In this document: positions 1 to 13,214 of the stretch, piece after piece | Layout: each line of letters begins with the position of its first letter | How positions within the stretch are numbered: position 1 is the stretch's first letter | Assembly: GCF_030028105.1 (NCBI RefSeq) | Contig: NC_092395.1 | Coordinates: forward strand, 43,366,459 to 43,430,458 | Source of the DNA: Mobula birostris | Lineage: Eukaryota | Direction of reading: 5' to 3' | DNA length: 64,000 nucleotides | Translations under genes and position numbers: made by a program | The notes under the pieces: generated by a model | The model's database searches: none | What the model was told of the DNA's origin: nothing | What the model saw: only the letters and a program-made list of their open reading frames with translations

Positions 1-79
1 TATAGTCACGGGGGCACATGTCATGTGACCTCACATCGGTGGGAAAATCACATCAGGTGACCTCCAAAAGACCATGACA
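1..79 (-). mobile_element. Start of a probable 3' LTR of a Ty3/Gypsy element (continues beyond window)
   Basis: Minus strand begins TGTCATGG at 79, downstream of the integrase remnant at 480-1530. Confidence 0.45.
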
Positions 80-479
80 GCATTCTCACAGAAAAAAAAA
101 CAGATCTCCTTGAGCATGTAACAAAAGATACAGTCTTTTGGGTGTTGCTCTGTTTTTTTCAGGATAGTGCCTCTGGGCCTAAGGGTGGCATTCGGTTTGG
201 CAAGTGTCTTGTCAATGATAACATTCTCGTTCTGCTCTGGACTGGTGGAGTGACATCAGGTTTGGTCAGTGTTGTGTCAAGGACAACTTTCTCGGTTGCT
301 GGTGTCACATTGGCAACATGATCATCACTGAGACTTAAGTCCAGTGGCTGTTATGTGTCCATCTTGTTGGTTGCAATTGACTCCAATGTGCTCTTTGGTT
401 GAGCATACAGTATCTGGCCCACATGATATCTCCATCTCTGATCTCCAACATCCACTGTGTACATCAGTGGTCCAGTTCT

Positions 480-1530
480 TGTAGCTATCCTACCAGCTCT
501 CCATTTGTCTTCTCAGTAATCACATGCTTGGACTTCCTGTCCAAACTCAAGGCTCTTTGCTGATTCAATTGGCAACTGGCTGAACTGGTTATTCTGCACT
601 TCCTTCTGTAGATCTGGTTTCAGGAAGTCTGTGCAAGATCTCAGACTCCTGCTCATAAACAGCATTGCAAGTGTTTGATTTGTTATCAAATGACCAGAGT
701 TCTGATACGCCATAAAGAAACTATCTGCCTCATGCTGCAGAGAAGTGCCCTCCTTGACCAATACTTTAGTAGACTTCTTGAAGGTTTGGATACAATTTTA
801 GCTGACCCATTCATTGATTGGTGGTGAGGAGCTGACTTCAAATGTTTGATGCTATTTTTTCTTCTTGAATTGTCTCAACTCCTCTGACATATAGTGTGGT
901 CTGTTGTCACTCGCAATTTCTTCTGATAAGCCGTTCATGGTGAAGATAGTCCTCAGAGCGGAAGCAGTCTTTTCTGAGGTGGTTGACTTCATTGGTATGA
1001 CTTCAGGCCACTTCGTATGAGCATCCACAGCAATCAGAAACATGAAATCCATGAATGGCCCAGCAATGTCAATACGCACTCTTTACCATGGTGATGAGGG
1101 CCAGTCCCTTGTGTGTACAGTGCCTGTGCTGGCACATTTTGAACTTTATGGGATCCTGAATGGCTTTTGGCCAAGTCTTCAGTCTGTTTATCTATTCCCA
1201 GCCACCACACGCACCTTCAGGCAAGACTCCTCACCTTGACTGTATCCAGGTGTCCTTCACGCAGATTCTCTAACACTCTGGTGCGCAGTTCAGAGGCAAC
1301 CACTACATGAGATCCACACATCAGCGTTCTTTGACATGTCGACAGTTGGCCTGGTCCCACTGAGAACTTTGGGAGTGTCAGATTATCATGAGCTGGCCAT
1401 CCTTGCATGGTGATGTCATGGAATTTTGACAATGTCAGGTTTCTTGTTTCTCTTTGAATTTTCAAATTTGTTACCGGTAATTGGACCATTAATTCTGTTT
1501 GGAAGATCACTCATGCAGTTAATTTAAGAT
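480..1530 (-). mobile_element. Degenerate Ty3/Gypsy integrase (zinc-binding and rve core fragments)
   Basis: Frameshifted ORFs: GWP...VLENLREGHLDTVKVRSLA (decayed HHCC region) and RIDIAGPFMDFMFLIAVDAHTKWPEV...IASDN (rve core). Confidence 0.85.
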
Positions 1531-1664
1531 CACAGGCTAAGCGACAAAACATGACTGTCAAGCCCCAAATAAATGGACACAAACACAATATAAGGAGAAT
1601 TCAGTGCAAGTGGTAACATTTGAAATAATCGGTTCTCATTGAAAAGCAAAAGAGGGGACTGCAG

Positions 1665-1980
1665 TACCTAGACTTAGTTCCTTGCCACAGAATGATATTG
1701 CAGTGGCTCCCAGGGGAAAGGATGTGAAACTCAGAAAAATTTATTTCAGTGTCTGACCACCGTAATTAATTTCTTTCACCAGAAATGCTGTTGATGATAA
1801 CAGATACTATTATCATTTAACGGCAGTGAGGAAATAGGTGACAAAGATGATGACATTGATAAGTTCAGCATGAAATCAGAATACAGTACTGATGCATTTG
1901 TCAATGGTATCAAAAAAGTTGAAGAGGGATGCCTGAGTTCTTTTGTACCCATGCTGTGTATATGGCTACTTTAACATCTG
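1665..1980 (+). pseudogene. Possible decayed Ig-superfamily V-set exon
   Basis: After CTGCAG acceptor: LPQNDIAVAPRGKDVKLR..KFISVSD.TVINFFHQK-x5-QILLSFNGSEEIGDKDDDIDKFSMKSEYSTDAFVNGIKKVEE..HAVY. Framework spacings match the V at 60737-61063, but several frameshifts are needed and the invariant Cys/Trp are lost. Confidence 0.4.
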
Positions 1981-1999
1981 GTAAACGGTAACACCCATG

Positions 2000-3560
2000 G
2001 GAGAAAGATGCCATTGGGTCCTGCCAATTGAAAAGTATCAAATGGAAGGGTTGAGCTATCCTGAATAAATAAGTTTCATAGAGTTCTACTGCACAGTACC
2101 AACCTCTTCGCCCCAATTGGTCCATATTGATTGGCATCTCCATCCAAGTTAGTCTCATTTGCCAGTGTTTGGCCCCTAACATTCTGAACATTTCCAAACT
2201 ATGTACCTGTCCAACTGTCTGTTAAAAGTTGTTCTTGTACATGTCTCAACCTCCCCTTCCTCTGTTAGCTCATTTCACATAGATGCCGCAGTTTGTGAGT
2301 AAAACAGGTTATTTACCTGGCTGCAGGCCTCGAATTCTTCCATCTCCAGTCCGTAGGCTGTCTCAGCATTGTTGGTGTTGAGCCTCAGCAATGTTGTGCA
2401 ATGTGTTCCCTCCCACCTTAAACTTGTATATTCTTGCTCTTAATTCAATATGGAAAAAAAGCCGAGTACATTCACCCTTCATGATCATGGACACCTCTAT
2501 ATAATCACCTCTCAGTTCTCCCCTGACTAATCTCTGCCCATAGCACAGACCCTCAAGATCTCACAACCTGTAAATCTTTTCTGCAGTCTTTACTATTTAA
2601 ATGGATCTTTCCTATAGCACTGCAGCCAAAATTTTGCACAATACTCCACATACGACCACAGTAGCATTCTCTACAACCACACCATGGCCTCCAACTTTTA
2701 TACTCAGTGCCCTGACTTATTAAGTTCATAATGCCAAAAACCTTCTTTCCCATCTTGTCTACCTGTGACTCCACTTTCAAACCTTGTACTTTCACTCCAA
2801 CGTTCCTCTGTTCACCAACACTCCCCATTCATGTGAAAGTCCTACCTTGATTTAATCTTGAAAATGTATAAACTCCATTTGACATCCTTCATCCCAGCTG
2901 ATCAAGCTGCCTCTGTAATTTTGATCGATCTTCTTCATTGTCTACTATACCACCTATTTTACTGTCAACTGCAAACATATTAACCATGTCTTGTATGTAC
3001 TTATTCAAACTGTTGATATAGATGACAAACAACATTTGGCCCTGCACCATCACCCGAGTCACACCACTAATCATGGGCAACTAGACTGAGAAACTATCCT
3101 CCACTTTGTTTGCACTTCCCTTTTTTCCCATCAAGCCAATTGTGTTTCCGGCTAGCCAGCTCTTACTGGATTGTATGTGAACTATCTTTCCAGGACAGCC
3201 TAATAAGTGGAACTTTAAAGACTTAGTGAAGTTCATATAAATGACACCATGGCCTTGGCCTCACTGACATTCTTTATTGCATCATTAAAAAAATCTCAGT
3301 AAAATTCATAAGACATGATCTACTATGCACAAAGCCATGCTGATGCCTCTAATCAACCCCTGCGTTTCAAGGTGTAGGGATATCTTATCCCTTAGAATCT
3401 TCTCCAATCATTTACCTGCCCCAGATGTAAGACTTACTGGTGTATAGATCCCAGTATTCCTTGCCACTCTTCTTAAATATATGCACAACATTTGCTACCA
3501 TCCAGTCTATTTACTAGCACTTCTCCATGGCTACCAATGAAGCAAATATCTGAACAATAG
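2000..3560 (-). mobile_element. Old, degraded CR1 LINE RT and 3' fragments
   Basis: Decayed motifs GVTRVMVQGQMLFVIYINSL, MFAVDSKIGG, KVESQVDKMGKK. Confidence 0.75.
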
Positions 3561-3616
3561 TTCTGAATTTCTTCTGTAGCCGCCCACAGTGTTCTTGGAT
3601 GTAGCTAGTCAGGTTC

Positions 3617-5085
3617 TATAGAACAGTACAGCACATTACAGGCCCTTTGGCCCACAATATTGTGCTGACCTTCAAACCCTGCCTCCGATATAACCCCGCA
3701 CCTTAAATTCCTCCATATGCCTGTCTAGTAGTCTCTTAAACTTCACGAGTGTATCTGCCTCCACCACTGACTCAGGCAGTGCATTCCACGCACCAACTAC
3801 TCTCTGAGTAAAAAACCTTCCTCTAATATCCCCCTTGAACTTCCCACCCCATACCTTAAAGCCATGTCCTCTTGTATTGAGCAGTGGCACCCTGGGGAAG
3901 AGGCACTGGCTGTCCACTCTATCAAGATAATAAGATCCTCTTATTATCTTGTACACCTCTATCATGTCTCCTCTCATCCTCCCTCTCCAAAGAGTAAAGC
4001 CCTAGCTCCCTTAATCTCTGATCATAATGCATACTCTCTAAACCAGGCAGCATCCTGGGAAATCTACTCTGTACCCTTTCCAATGCTTCCACATCCTTCC
4101 TATAGTGAGACGACCAGAACTGGACACAGTACTCTAAGTGTGGCCTAACCAGAGTTTTATAGAGCTGCATCATTACATTATGACTCTTAAACTCTATCCC
4201 TCGACTTATGAAAGCTAACACCCCATAAGATTTCTTAACTACCCTATCTACCTGTGGGGCAACTTTCAGGGATCTATGGATATGTACCCCCAGATCCCTC
4301 TGCTCCTCCACACTACCGAGTATCCTGCCATTTACTTTGTACTCTGCTTTGGATCTTGTCCTTCTAAAGTGTACCACCTCACACTTCTCCGGGTTGAACT
4401 CCATCTGCCACTTCTCAGCCCACTTCTGCATCCTATCAATGTCTCTCTCCTATCTTCGACAATCCTCTACATTATCTACAACACCACCAACCTTTGTGTC
4501 ATCTGCAAACTTGCCAACCCATCCTTCTACCCCCACATCCAGGTTGTTAATAAAAATCACGAAAAGTAGAGGTCCCAGAACAGATCCTTGTGGGACACCA
4601 TGAGTAACAGTCCTCCAATCTGAATGTACTCCCTCCACCACGACCCCCTGCCTCCTGCAGGGAAGCCAATACTGAATCCACCTGGCCAAACTTCCCTGGA
4701 TCCCATGCCTTCTGATTTTCTGAATAAGTCTATCGTGTGGAACCTTGTCAAATGTTTAAAATGTCTAAAATCCATATAGATCACATCCACTGCACTACCC
4801 TCATCTATATGCCTGGTCACCTCCTCAAAGAACTCTATCATGCTTGTTAGACACGATCTACCCTTCACAAAGCCATGCTGACTGTCCCTGATCAGACTAC
4901 AATTCTCTAATTGCCCATAGATCCTGTCTCTAAGAATATTTTCCAACAGCTTTCCCACCAGAGACATAAGGCTCACTGGTCTATAATTACATGGACTATC
5001 CCTACTACCTTTCTTGAAAAAGGGGAGAACATTTGCCTCCCTCCAGTCCTCCGGTACCATTCCCGTAGACAACGAGGACATAAAG
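3617..5085 (-). mobile_element. 5'-truncated CR1 LINE (RT domain and 3' end)
   Basis: [63 protein letters not shown] in overlapping frameshifted ORFs; CR1-type 3' tail near 3617. Confidence 0.92.
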
Positions 5086-5299
5086 ATCCCAGCCACATCT
5101 GTGGATCTGTGTACCTCCGTACATTCTTAAAAATCTGGCAAAGATGGATCCAAAAAACAAGAGAAGCTGAATCATTGAGTAGATTCAGGGCTGAGTCTGG
5201 ACAGATCTTTAGTGCAAACTGAGTCTGGGATTATATCAAAAACTCACGTAATCATGTTGAAGGAACAGCTGCACACCGAATAAAAAATCTGATAGCACT

Positions 5300-5400
5300 G
5301 GAGGTGCAGGCACCGGGGGTTCAGTTTCTGATGCTGTCTGTTTGGAGTTTGCACGTTCTCCCTGTGACCACCTGGGTTTCCTCTGGGTGCTTCTCCCTCC
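5300..5400 (+). mobile_element. tRNA-derived SINE fragment (V-SINE/HE1-like core)
   Basis: GGAGTTTGCACGTTCTCCCTGTGACCACCTGGGTTTCCTCTGGGTGC core motif. Confidence 0.6.
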
Positions 5401-5489
5401 GCCCTCCTGAAAACAGGTTCACCTTTTTGGAAGCTGTCAGGACAGAAGACACTGCCAGTCTGAGAGGCGGACAGGTCTGCAAGTCAAAA

Positions 5490-8400
5490 ATTGGCGCTGA
5501 AGCAAAGCTGAGGAGACAGACATCAGGCAGAGCCGTGGTAGTAGGGGACTTCACAGTGAGAGGTACAGAACGGGGTTTCTGTAGCAACAGGCAGGATTTA
5601 AGGATGATGTGTTGCCTCCCTGGTGCCAGGATCCAGGACATCACGGACTGATTGCAGGGCATCCTCAAGGGTGAAGGTGAACAGCCAGAACTGGTAGTGT
5701 ATGTCGGCACAAATGACGTCGGGAAGAGGAGGAAAGAAATTCTGCAGCGTGACTTCAGAGAACTCAGAAGAAGACTGAAAAGCAGGACCTCCAGGGTGGT
5801 TGTCTCTGGTTTGCTTCCAGTTCTTCATGCTGGTGAGGGCAGGAACAGCGAGATAAGGGATCTGAATGTGTGGCTGAGGAGCTGGTGCGGGAAGCAGGGA
5901 TTTAGATTCTTAGACCACTGGGATCTGTTTTGGGGCAGGGATGAATTGTACAAAAGGGACGGGTTGCACCTTAACAGGCGGGGGACCATCATTCTGGCAG
6001 GCGGAATTGCCACTGCTACACAGATGTGTTTAAACTAAGTAGTGCAGTGGGGAGGAGAGGAAGTATAAGGATGGAGTTAAATGGTAAGAGAGAATAAGGA
6101 AAGTTACGAAAGACAATAGAATTAACGGGGCAGAAATCTCAGGAAAGGATCGAAGAGTATGGCCAAGTGCAATAAGAATCAATGTGAAAGGTGAGGGGAG
6201 TAATGGATTAAAAGTATTATATATGAATGCACGAAGTATAAGAAATAAAGTGGATGAGCTTGAGGCTCAGTTGGAAATTGACAAGTATGATGTTGTAGGA
6301 ATAACAGAGACATGGCTGCAAGAGGACCAGGGCTGGGAAATGAATATTCAGGGGTATACATCCTATCAAAAGGACAGACAGATGGGCAGAGGGGGTGGGG
6401 TGGCTCTGATGGTGAGGAATGAAATTCAGTCCCTTGCGAGGGGCAACATAGAATCAGGAGATGTAGAGTTAGTATGGATAGAACTGAGAAATTGTAAGGG
6501 CAAAAACACCCTAATGGGAGATATCTACAGGCCCCCAAACAGTAGCCTGGATATAGGGTGCAAGTTGAATCAAGAGTTAAAATTGACATGTCGCAAAGGT
6601 AATGCTCTGGTTGTTATGGGGGATTTTAACATGCAAGTAGACTGGGAAAATCAGGTTGGCACTGGACCCCAAGAAAGGGAGCTTGTGGAGTGCCTCCGAG
6701 ATGGATATTGGAGCAGCTTGTACTGGAGCCTACTAGAGAGAAGGCAATTCTGGATTTAGTGTTGTGTAATGAACCGGATTTGATAAGGGAACTCGAGGTA
6801 AAGAAGCCATTCGGAGGTAGTGACCATAATATGATAAGTTTTAAACTACAATTTGAGAGGGAGAAGGGAAAATCGGAAGTATCAGTACTGCAGTTGAACA
6901 AAAGGGGACTATGGAGCCATGAGGGAGGAACTGGCAAAAGTTGACTGGAAAGATACCCTAGCAGGGATGACAGTGGAACAACAATGGCAGGTATTTCTGG
7001 GAATAATACAGAAGGTGCAGGATCAGTTCATTCCAAAGAGGAAGAAAGATTCTAAGGGGAGTAAGGGGCGACCGTGGCTGACAAGGGAAATCAAGGATAG
7101 TATAAAAATAAAAGAGAAGTATAACATAGAAAAAATGAGCAGGAAGCCAGAGGATTGGGAAACTTTTAAAAAGCAACAGAGGATAACTAAAAAGGCAATA
7201 CGGGGAGAAAAGATGAGATACGAAGGCAAGCTTGTGTAGAATATAAAGGAGGATAGTAAAAGCTTCTTTACGTATGTGAAGAGGAAAAAAAATTAGTTAA
7301 GACCAAAGTTTGGCCCTTGGGGACAGAAACGGATGAATTAATTATTGGTAACAAGGAAATGGCAGATGAGTTGAACAGGTACTTTGGATCTGTCTTCACT
7401 AGGGAAGACACAAGCAATCTCCCAGATGTAATAGTGGCCAGAGGACTTAGGGTAATGGAGGGACTGGAGGATATTCACATTAGGCAGAAAATGGTGCTGG
7501 ATAGACTGATGGGACTGAAGGCTAATGAATCCCTAGGGCCTGATTGTCTGCACCCCAGGATACTTAAGGAGGTAGCTCTAGAAATCGTGAATGCATTGGT
7601 AATTATTTTCCGATGTTCGATAGATTCAGGATCAGTTCCTGAGGACTGGAGGGTAGCTAATGTTATCCCACCTTTTAAGAAAAGAGGGAGAGAGAAAACA
7701 GGAAATTATAGACCAGTTAGCCTGACATCAGTGGTAGGGAAGATGCTGAAGTCAATTATAAAGGATGAAATAGCGGCACATTTGGATAGCAGTAACAGGA
7801 TCAGTCTGAGTCAGCATGGATTTAAGAAGGGGAAATCATGCTTGACTAATCTTCTGGAATTTTTTGAGGATGTAACTATGAAAATGGACAAGGGTGAGCC
7901 AGCGGATGTAGTGTATCTTGACATTCAGAAAGTCTTTGATAAGGTCCCACATAGGAGATTAGTGGGCAAAATTAGAGCACATGGTATTGGGGGTAGGGTG
8001 TTGACATGGATAGAAAATTGGGTGGCAGACAGGAAACAAAGAGTAGGGATTAATGGGTCCCTTTCAGAATGGCAGGAGGTGACTAGTGGGGTACTGCAAG
8101 GCTTGGTGCTGGGACCGCAGCTATTTACAATATACATTAATGATTTAGATGAAGGGATTAAAAGTAACATTAGCAAATTTGCAGATGAAACAAAGCTGGG
8201 TGGCAGTGTGAAATGTGTGGAGGATGTTGAGATAATGCAGGATGACTTGGAAAGATTGGTTGAGTGAGCAGATGCAGTTTAATGTGGATAAATGTGAGGT
8301 TATCCACTTTGGTGGCAAGAACAGGAAGGCAGATTACTATTTGAATGTTGTCAAGTTAGGAAAAGGGGAAGTAAAATGAGGTCTAGGTGTCCTTGTTCAT

Positions 8401-10558
8401 CAGTCACTGAAAGTAAGCATGCAGGTACAGCAGGCAGTGAAGAAAGCTAATGGCATGTTGGCCTTCATAACAAGGAGAGTTGAGTATCAGAGCAAAGAGG
8501 TCCTTCTGCAGTTGTACAGTGTCATGGTCCAGATCGGGGTCCCTTTAAATTTAGCTTGTTTATGTTACGATCCGGACCGTTGATTCCCTGTCTTCCCTTG
8601 TCCCTCGACTTTGGTGATTAGAGGCAACTAACGCTCGGCTGAACCAGTAGTTTATAGTCTCCGGCTTTCAGCCGTTCGGTGCAGGCGCATCTGCAAAATC
8701 ATCCAAGGTACGGTGTGCCGATGTCATCTGGCCGGAGTAAGCCTAGTCTCTGCAGAAGCGAGTACCGGTAATTTGCCTCTCCTCACCGGATCAAACTTGT
8801 CCAGTTACCTCACCAAAGCGAGCCTGCAAAGTTTCCTCACCAAGGTGGGTCTGTCAGTTAACCCGCCAGAGGGAATCAAGAACCATTGTCTACTGTTCCC
8901 AGGCCGAGTCGAGAGCTCGCCACTACCCGGAGGCTCCAAGTCAAGTCCTGGCTCCGGCGGCATTCAAGTTCCAAGTCAAGTTCCAAGTCAAGTCCTGTCC
9001 CTGGTGGCATTCAAGCACCAAGTCAAGTCCTGGTCCTGGTGGCATTCAAGCACCAAGTCAAGTCCTGGTCCTAGCAACTTCCCAGTTCTGAGTCAAGTCC
9101 TGGCCCTGGCGGTCTGTGATTCCTGTCCTACCACCTTTTCTGAATCCCTTCTCTGCCCCTCTCGCCTCTAGCCCTCGTCTGCAGCCCCCGCCTGCACTTC
9201 GGTCTAGTTCCATCACCGGAGCTAGATAGGTACTGTCTGGTGTTCATTTGTGTTCGGCCTGTCTTGTCTGGTCCTCGCCTCCGTGGGCTAAGTCAGGCCA
9301 CCTTGCCATTGCTCCACCGGGGATCATGTCTTGTCTTGTCTGGTCCTCTCCTCCGTGGGGGTAAGTCTGGCCGTCTTGCCATTGCCCCATGGGGAGTCAT
9401 GTCTTGTCTTGTCTTGTCTTATCCTCGCCTCCGTGGGGTAAATCAGACCATCTTGCCATTGCCCTGCAGAGGGTCATGATTCCTGGCCCTATGTCCTGTA
9501 CCTAAGGAGGATTCCCGGCTCTCTGTTCTGTGTGCGAGTCCCGGCCCTATGTCCTGTACCCAAGGAGGTGTCCTGATTCTGTGTTCTGTGTATGTGTCCA
9601 TGGTTCCATGTACCTGCTCCCTGAGACCGAGGCTCTGTGTTCCCATGTTCCTCCTCTCCCTAGCCTATGTCATGTCCTTGCCTGGTTCTGGGGTCCGAGC
9701 CCGAGGCAAGAACCAGCTACTGGGTCCTTGCCCAGTCTCTGGCTCGGAGTCCACACCCTAGCCTCTTCATGTCTCCTCTAGTTCTGGGAGCCGATTCTGA
9801 GTCCAAGCCTAGACCCTTGGTCCCAGCCTAGTCGTAGTCCTGAGTCCTTGTCCAGTTCACTATTTCCTGCTCCTGCCTTGCTCTCCTGGTATCGAGCAAT
9901 AAACTAAATCTAAGTAACCTTACAAGATGTGTCTTGCATTTGGGTCCACCCTTGCTCCCAATTCCCCTGCCATTGTGACATACAGGGCCCTGGTGAGACC
10001 ACACCTGGAGTATTGTGTAGAGTTTTGGTCTCCAAATTTGAGGAAGGACATTCTTGCTATTGAGGGAGTGCAGCGGAGGTTCACGAGGTTAATTCCTGGG
10101 ATGGCGGGACTGTCATATGTTGAAAGATTGGAGCGTCTGGGCTTGTATACACTGGAATTTAGAAGGATGAGAGGGGATTTGATTGAAACGTATAAGATTA
10201 TTAAGGGATTGGACACACTAGAGTCAGGAAACATGTTCCCGATGTTGGGGGAGTCCAGAACCAGAGGCCACAATTTGAGACTAAGTGGTAGCCATCTAGA
10301 ACGGAGTTGAGGAAAAACTTTTTTACCCAGGGAGTTATGGATCTGTGGAATGCTCTGCCTCAGAAAGCAGTGGAGGCCAATTCTCTGGATGCTTTCAAGA
10401 AAGAGTTAGATAGAACTCTTAATGATAGCAGAGTCAATGGATATGGGGAGAAGGCAGGAACGGGGTACTGATTGTGGTTGATTAGCCATGATCACAGTGA
10501 ATGGCGGTGCTGGCTCGAAGGGCCGAATGGCCTACTCCTACACCTATTGTCTATTGTC
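5490..10558 (+). mobile_element. Long CR1 LINE with SGNH/GDSL-esterase ORF1 and APE-RT ORF2, split by a solo LTR at 8520-9980
   Basis: ORF1: VVVGDFTVRG, CCLPGARIQD, VYVGTNDV, DGLHLN. ORF2 from 6184: YMNARSIRNK, GITETW, GDFN, QHGFKKGKSCLTNLLEFFE, KFADETKLGG; resumes at 9981 (RPHLEYCVEFWSP); tail CTATTGTCTATTGTC. Multiple frameshifts and stops. Confidence 0.93.
8520..9980. mobile_element. Solo LTR with internal tandem repeats
   Basis: TGTCA...TGACA termini; 5-bp TSD TACAG at 8515-8519 and 9981-9985; interrupts CR1 ORF2. Confidence 0.9.
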
Positions 10559-10559
10559 G

Positions 10560-10715
10560 CCCATAGTCCAAAGATGTATCAGTTGGTAAGTTAATTGGTC
10601 ATTGTATATTGTCCCATGTGTCAACATATGTTAAATTGGTGGGCAGCTGTGCAGCTTGGCTCGAAGGGCTGGAAAGGCTACTCCATGCTGTATCTCAATA
10701 GATAAATAAATAATG
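10560..10715 (+). mobile_element. SINE 3' fragment
   Basis: GTTAATTGGTCATTGTATATTGTCCCATG motif shared with copies near 35220 and 45671; A-rich tail. Confidence 0.5.
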
Positions 10716-10724
10716 GAGTACTGT

Positions 10725-11790
10725 GGTGTGAGCACACCTCTTTATCATAAAGGTGGCAGTACATTTCTCAGGGGATGGAGCTGCTGGAAGCAAACCCACC
10801 CAACCAAACTTCTTTACTATTAGCAATGAGGGAGGTGATGTCAGAACTGGTTGTTCCATTGGGGAATTCACATTTGAGTATCATGATCCTTCCAGCAAAC
10901 TCGTAGTGCTCCCACTCTACCTTGTCTGCACTGACCACATTACAATTCACACAAGTATCTGTGGAAATATGGGTGGATAAAGTTAATAAATTGTTTCCCT
11001 TGGAGAGCAAACCTGCCATCCAGGTCTTGCTTTAGATTCTGGCAAGCCAAGACCAGAAAAACAAGAATATGCTTGATTTGAAATTGACAAACTCATGAAT
11101 TGTGTGTATATTTCAATAAACATGTACAAACGTATTTAACGAAGGAAGATCTTAAATATCCTGTGTATGACAAGGTAAATATGAATCATTATACAATTAT
11201 CCCATTCTCAGTTTTGTTTGTTGCACATCAAACAAATATTCACTTGTTCACTGGCCAGAACGGGTCAAAATTCAATGCTCTGAAATAGTTCACTCATTCT
11301 ACCGTAGTTCTTGGGCATTGATGAAACTTTGGATCAACATCTTTCAATGAAAGAATCCCACCCTTACGATTGGGAAAAGGAAATTGTCACTGAAAAGAAA
11401 AAAAATGAATATCCCCATTTCATATATCTTCCCAAGTTAAACAACATAGTTTTATTCTTTGTCTGCTCCGATTTTCCTTCTTTCTCTGAGGGCTTCAGAA
11501 GAATCAGTCCGACTGACCCAGTGACCCCTCTTCTCATGGGAATCCGGACAGTGATTGTGGGCAGACAAGTGCAAGTGTACCCACCTGGCCCGGTGCTGCC
11601 CTCCTCAAACAGCCAGCAATCAGGGTCACTGACAGTGGCTGAGGTTTAACTTGTAATCCCAAACAGGGACGTTGATTGTAGTTATTGCACTCTCCAGGGA
11701 AGATCAATTGATCTATTCTGGAAAAAGTAGCATGATGTGAATCTTGTTGATCTTTGTATCTCAATAAATGATTAAGGAGAAGAAATAGAT
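10725..11790 (+). other. Unit U copy 1: unidentified triplicated sequence with decayed reading frames
   Basis: Aligns by eye with 41990-43235 and 50400-51660 (VHFSGD..KPTQP..GEFTFEYH; SNSQQSGSL..AEV*). Confidence 0.7.
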
Positions 11791-11869
11791 TCAAAACTGC
11801 TCTGCCATTCAATAACTATATGACTGATCTTATTGTAAACTTTATGTCCCACTACTGCATGTTCCAGGT

Positions 11870-12861
11870 AAACAGAGCCTTGAGGACAAGAGTTTGAAAG
11901 GTTTATGGCCCTCTGAAAGAGAAATGAACTTAACTTCACATCTATCCTAAGTGGAAAAAAATCCTGATTTTTAAACACAAGTGTTTTGCCTTAGATCGCC
12001 TATAAGAGGAAACATCCTTTTCATCGGCCCCCTGCCAAGACCTCTCAGGAGCTGATGATCCAATCAAGTAAGCTCTCAGTCTTTAAAACTCCTGTGAATA
12101 CAGGCCTCAACTTCCCTCACAAGATGACCTACATATCAGAGTACTGAATCTAGCAAAAACGAAGAAAGGAGAGAGGAAGCAAATCTACTGGAGAAGAATC
12201 TTATGCACTGGATTTAGTTGCATTTGGAAAATCATAGGCTTAGTAGTGATAGTCAGAAGGGCTTTGTGAAGGGCAGATTGTGCCTTACAGAATAGTCTAA
12301 GTTCATTGAGGAGATGACAAGGGCAATTGGTGAGGTTGTAAAAGCTGTTCACGTAAATTTTAGGAAGGCTTTTGTCAAGCTCCTTCAGGGTTGTCTGATG
12401 CAGTAGATTAATTCACTTGGGATCTATGATGACTTTAAAATTGGTTGGCCGTAGAAGAGAGAGGATAGTCGTGGAAGGGTAAAATCCAGACTGGAGGACT
12501 ATGGCCAGTGGTGTTCCAGAGGGATCAGTGCTGGCTCCGCTGTTGTTTACAATGTAAAGAAAATGACTGGATGAAAATACAGAATGGCTGATTGGTCGGC
12601 TTGAAGATGGCAAAAGGAGTACAAAGAGTGTTTGCAGTATACCAGATGTTATCTCTTCAGTGCTCTTTTGAACAGAAACACAGATTGCTGAGTTCAGATA
12701 ACCTACTTGGACCTGATAGATCAGTCACCTGAACTAAATGGACTATACCCCATGATTCTGAAAGAGGTAGCTTAAAGATTGTGGAAACATAAGTAGTCAT
12801 CTTTTAAGAATCATTCTGGAGGACAGGAAAACTGCAAACATCACTTCACTCTTGAAGAAGA
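11870..12861. mobile_element. Composite of oppositely oriented decayed CR1 fragments (block X), paralogous to 34640-35030 and 54305-55330
   Basis: The same fragment junctions recur in the other copies; continues at 18282 after the Gypsy insertion. Confidence 0.65.
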
Positions 12862-13214
12862 TGTAACCATCCGTTATATTGCCTCGTGTATGTCTAGGGG
12901 AAATCCCGCCCAGCACCTGCTTCAACACTCCCCTCAGGGTCAGTCGCAGCCCGAATCAATCTCAAACATCAATCATCAGCCAGCACACCTAGTAAATGTT
13001 AAAAAATACACTTTATAGATATTACTAATTCTATGACATTAATAGGAATTTGATACAGAGAGGAAAGTAATGGGGAAAAAAAGGCGCCAACTCTTATCAA
13101 AGTCCAAGTTCTTCGCGTGCTACCGTTGGAGCTCAATCACTTCCTGACAACCACCCGGATCCTGTCGACTCACGGCTCGGGACCACCCGGAGTGATCGAC
13201 CGGAGCCTTTCCGC

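Noticed and set aside
8560-9930. Possible second LTR nested in the 8520-9980 LTR (TGTTACG...CCTTACA)
   Set aside because: No target-site duplication at the putative ends.
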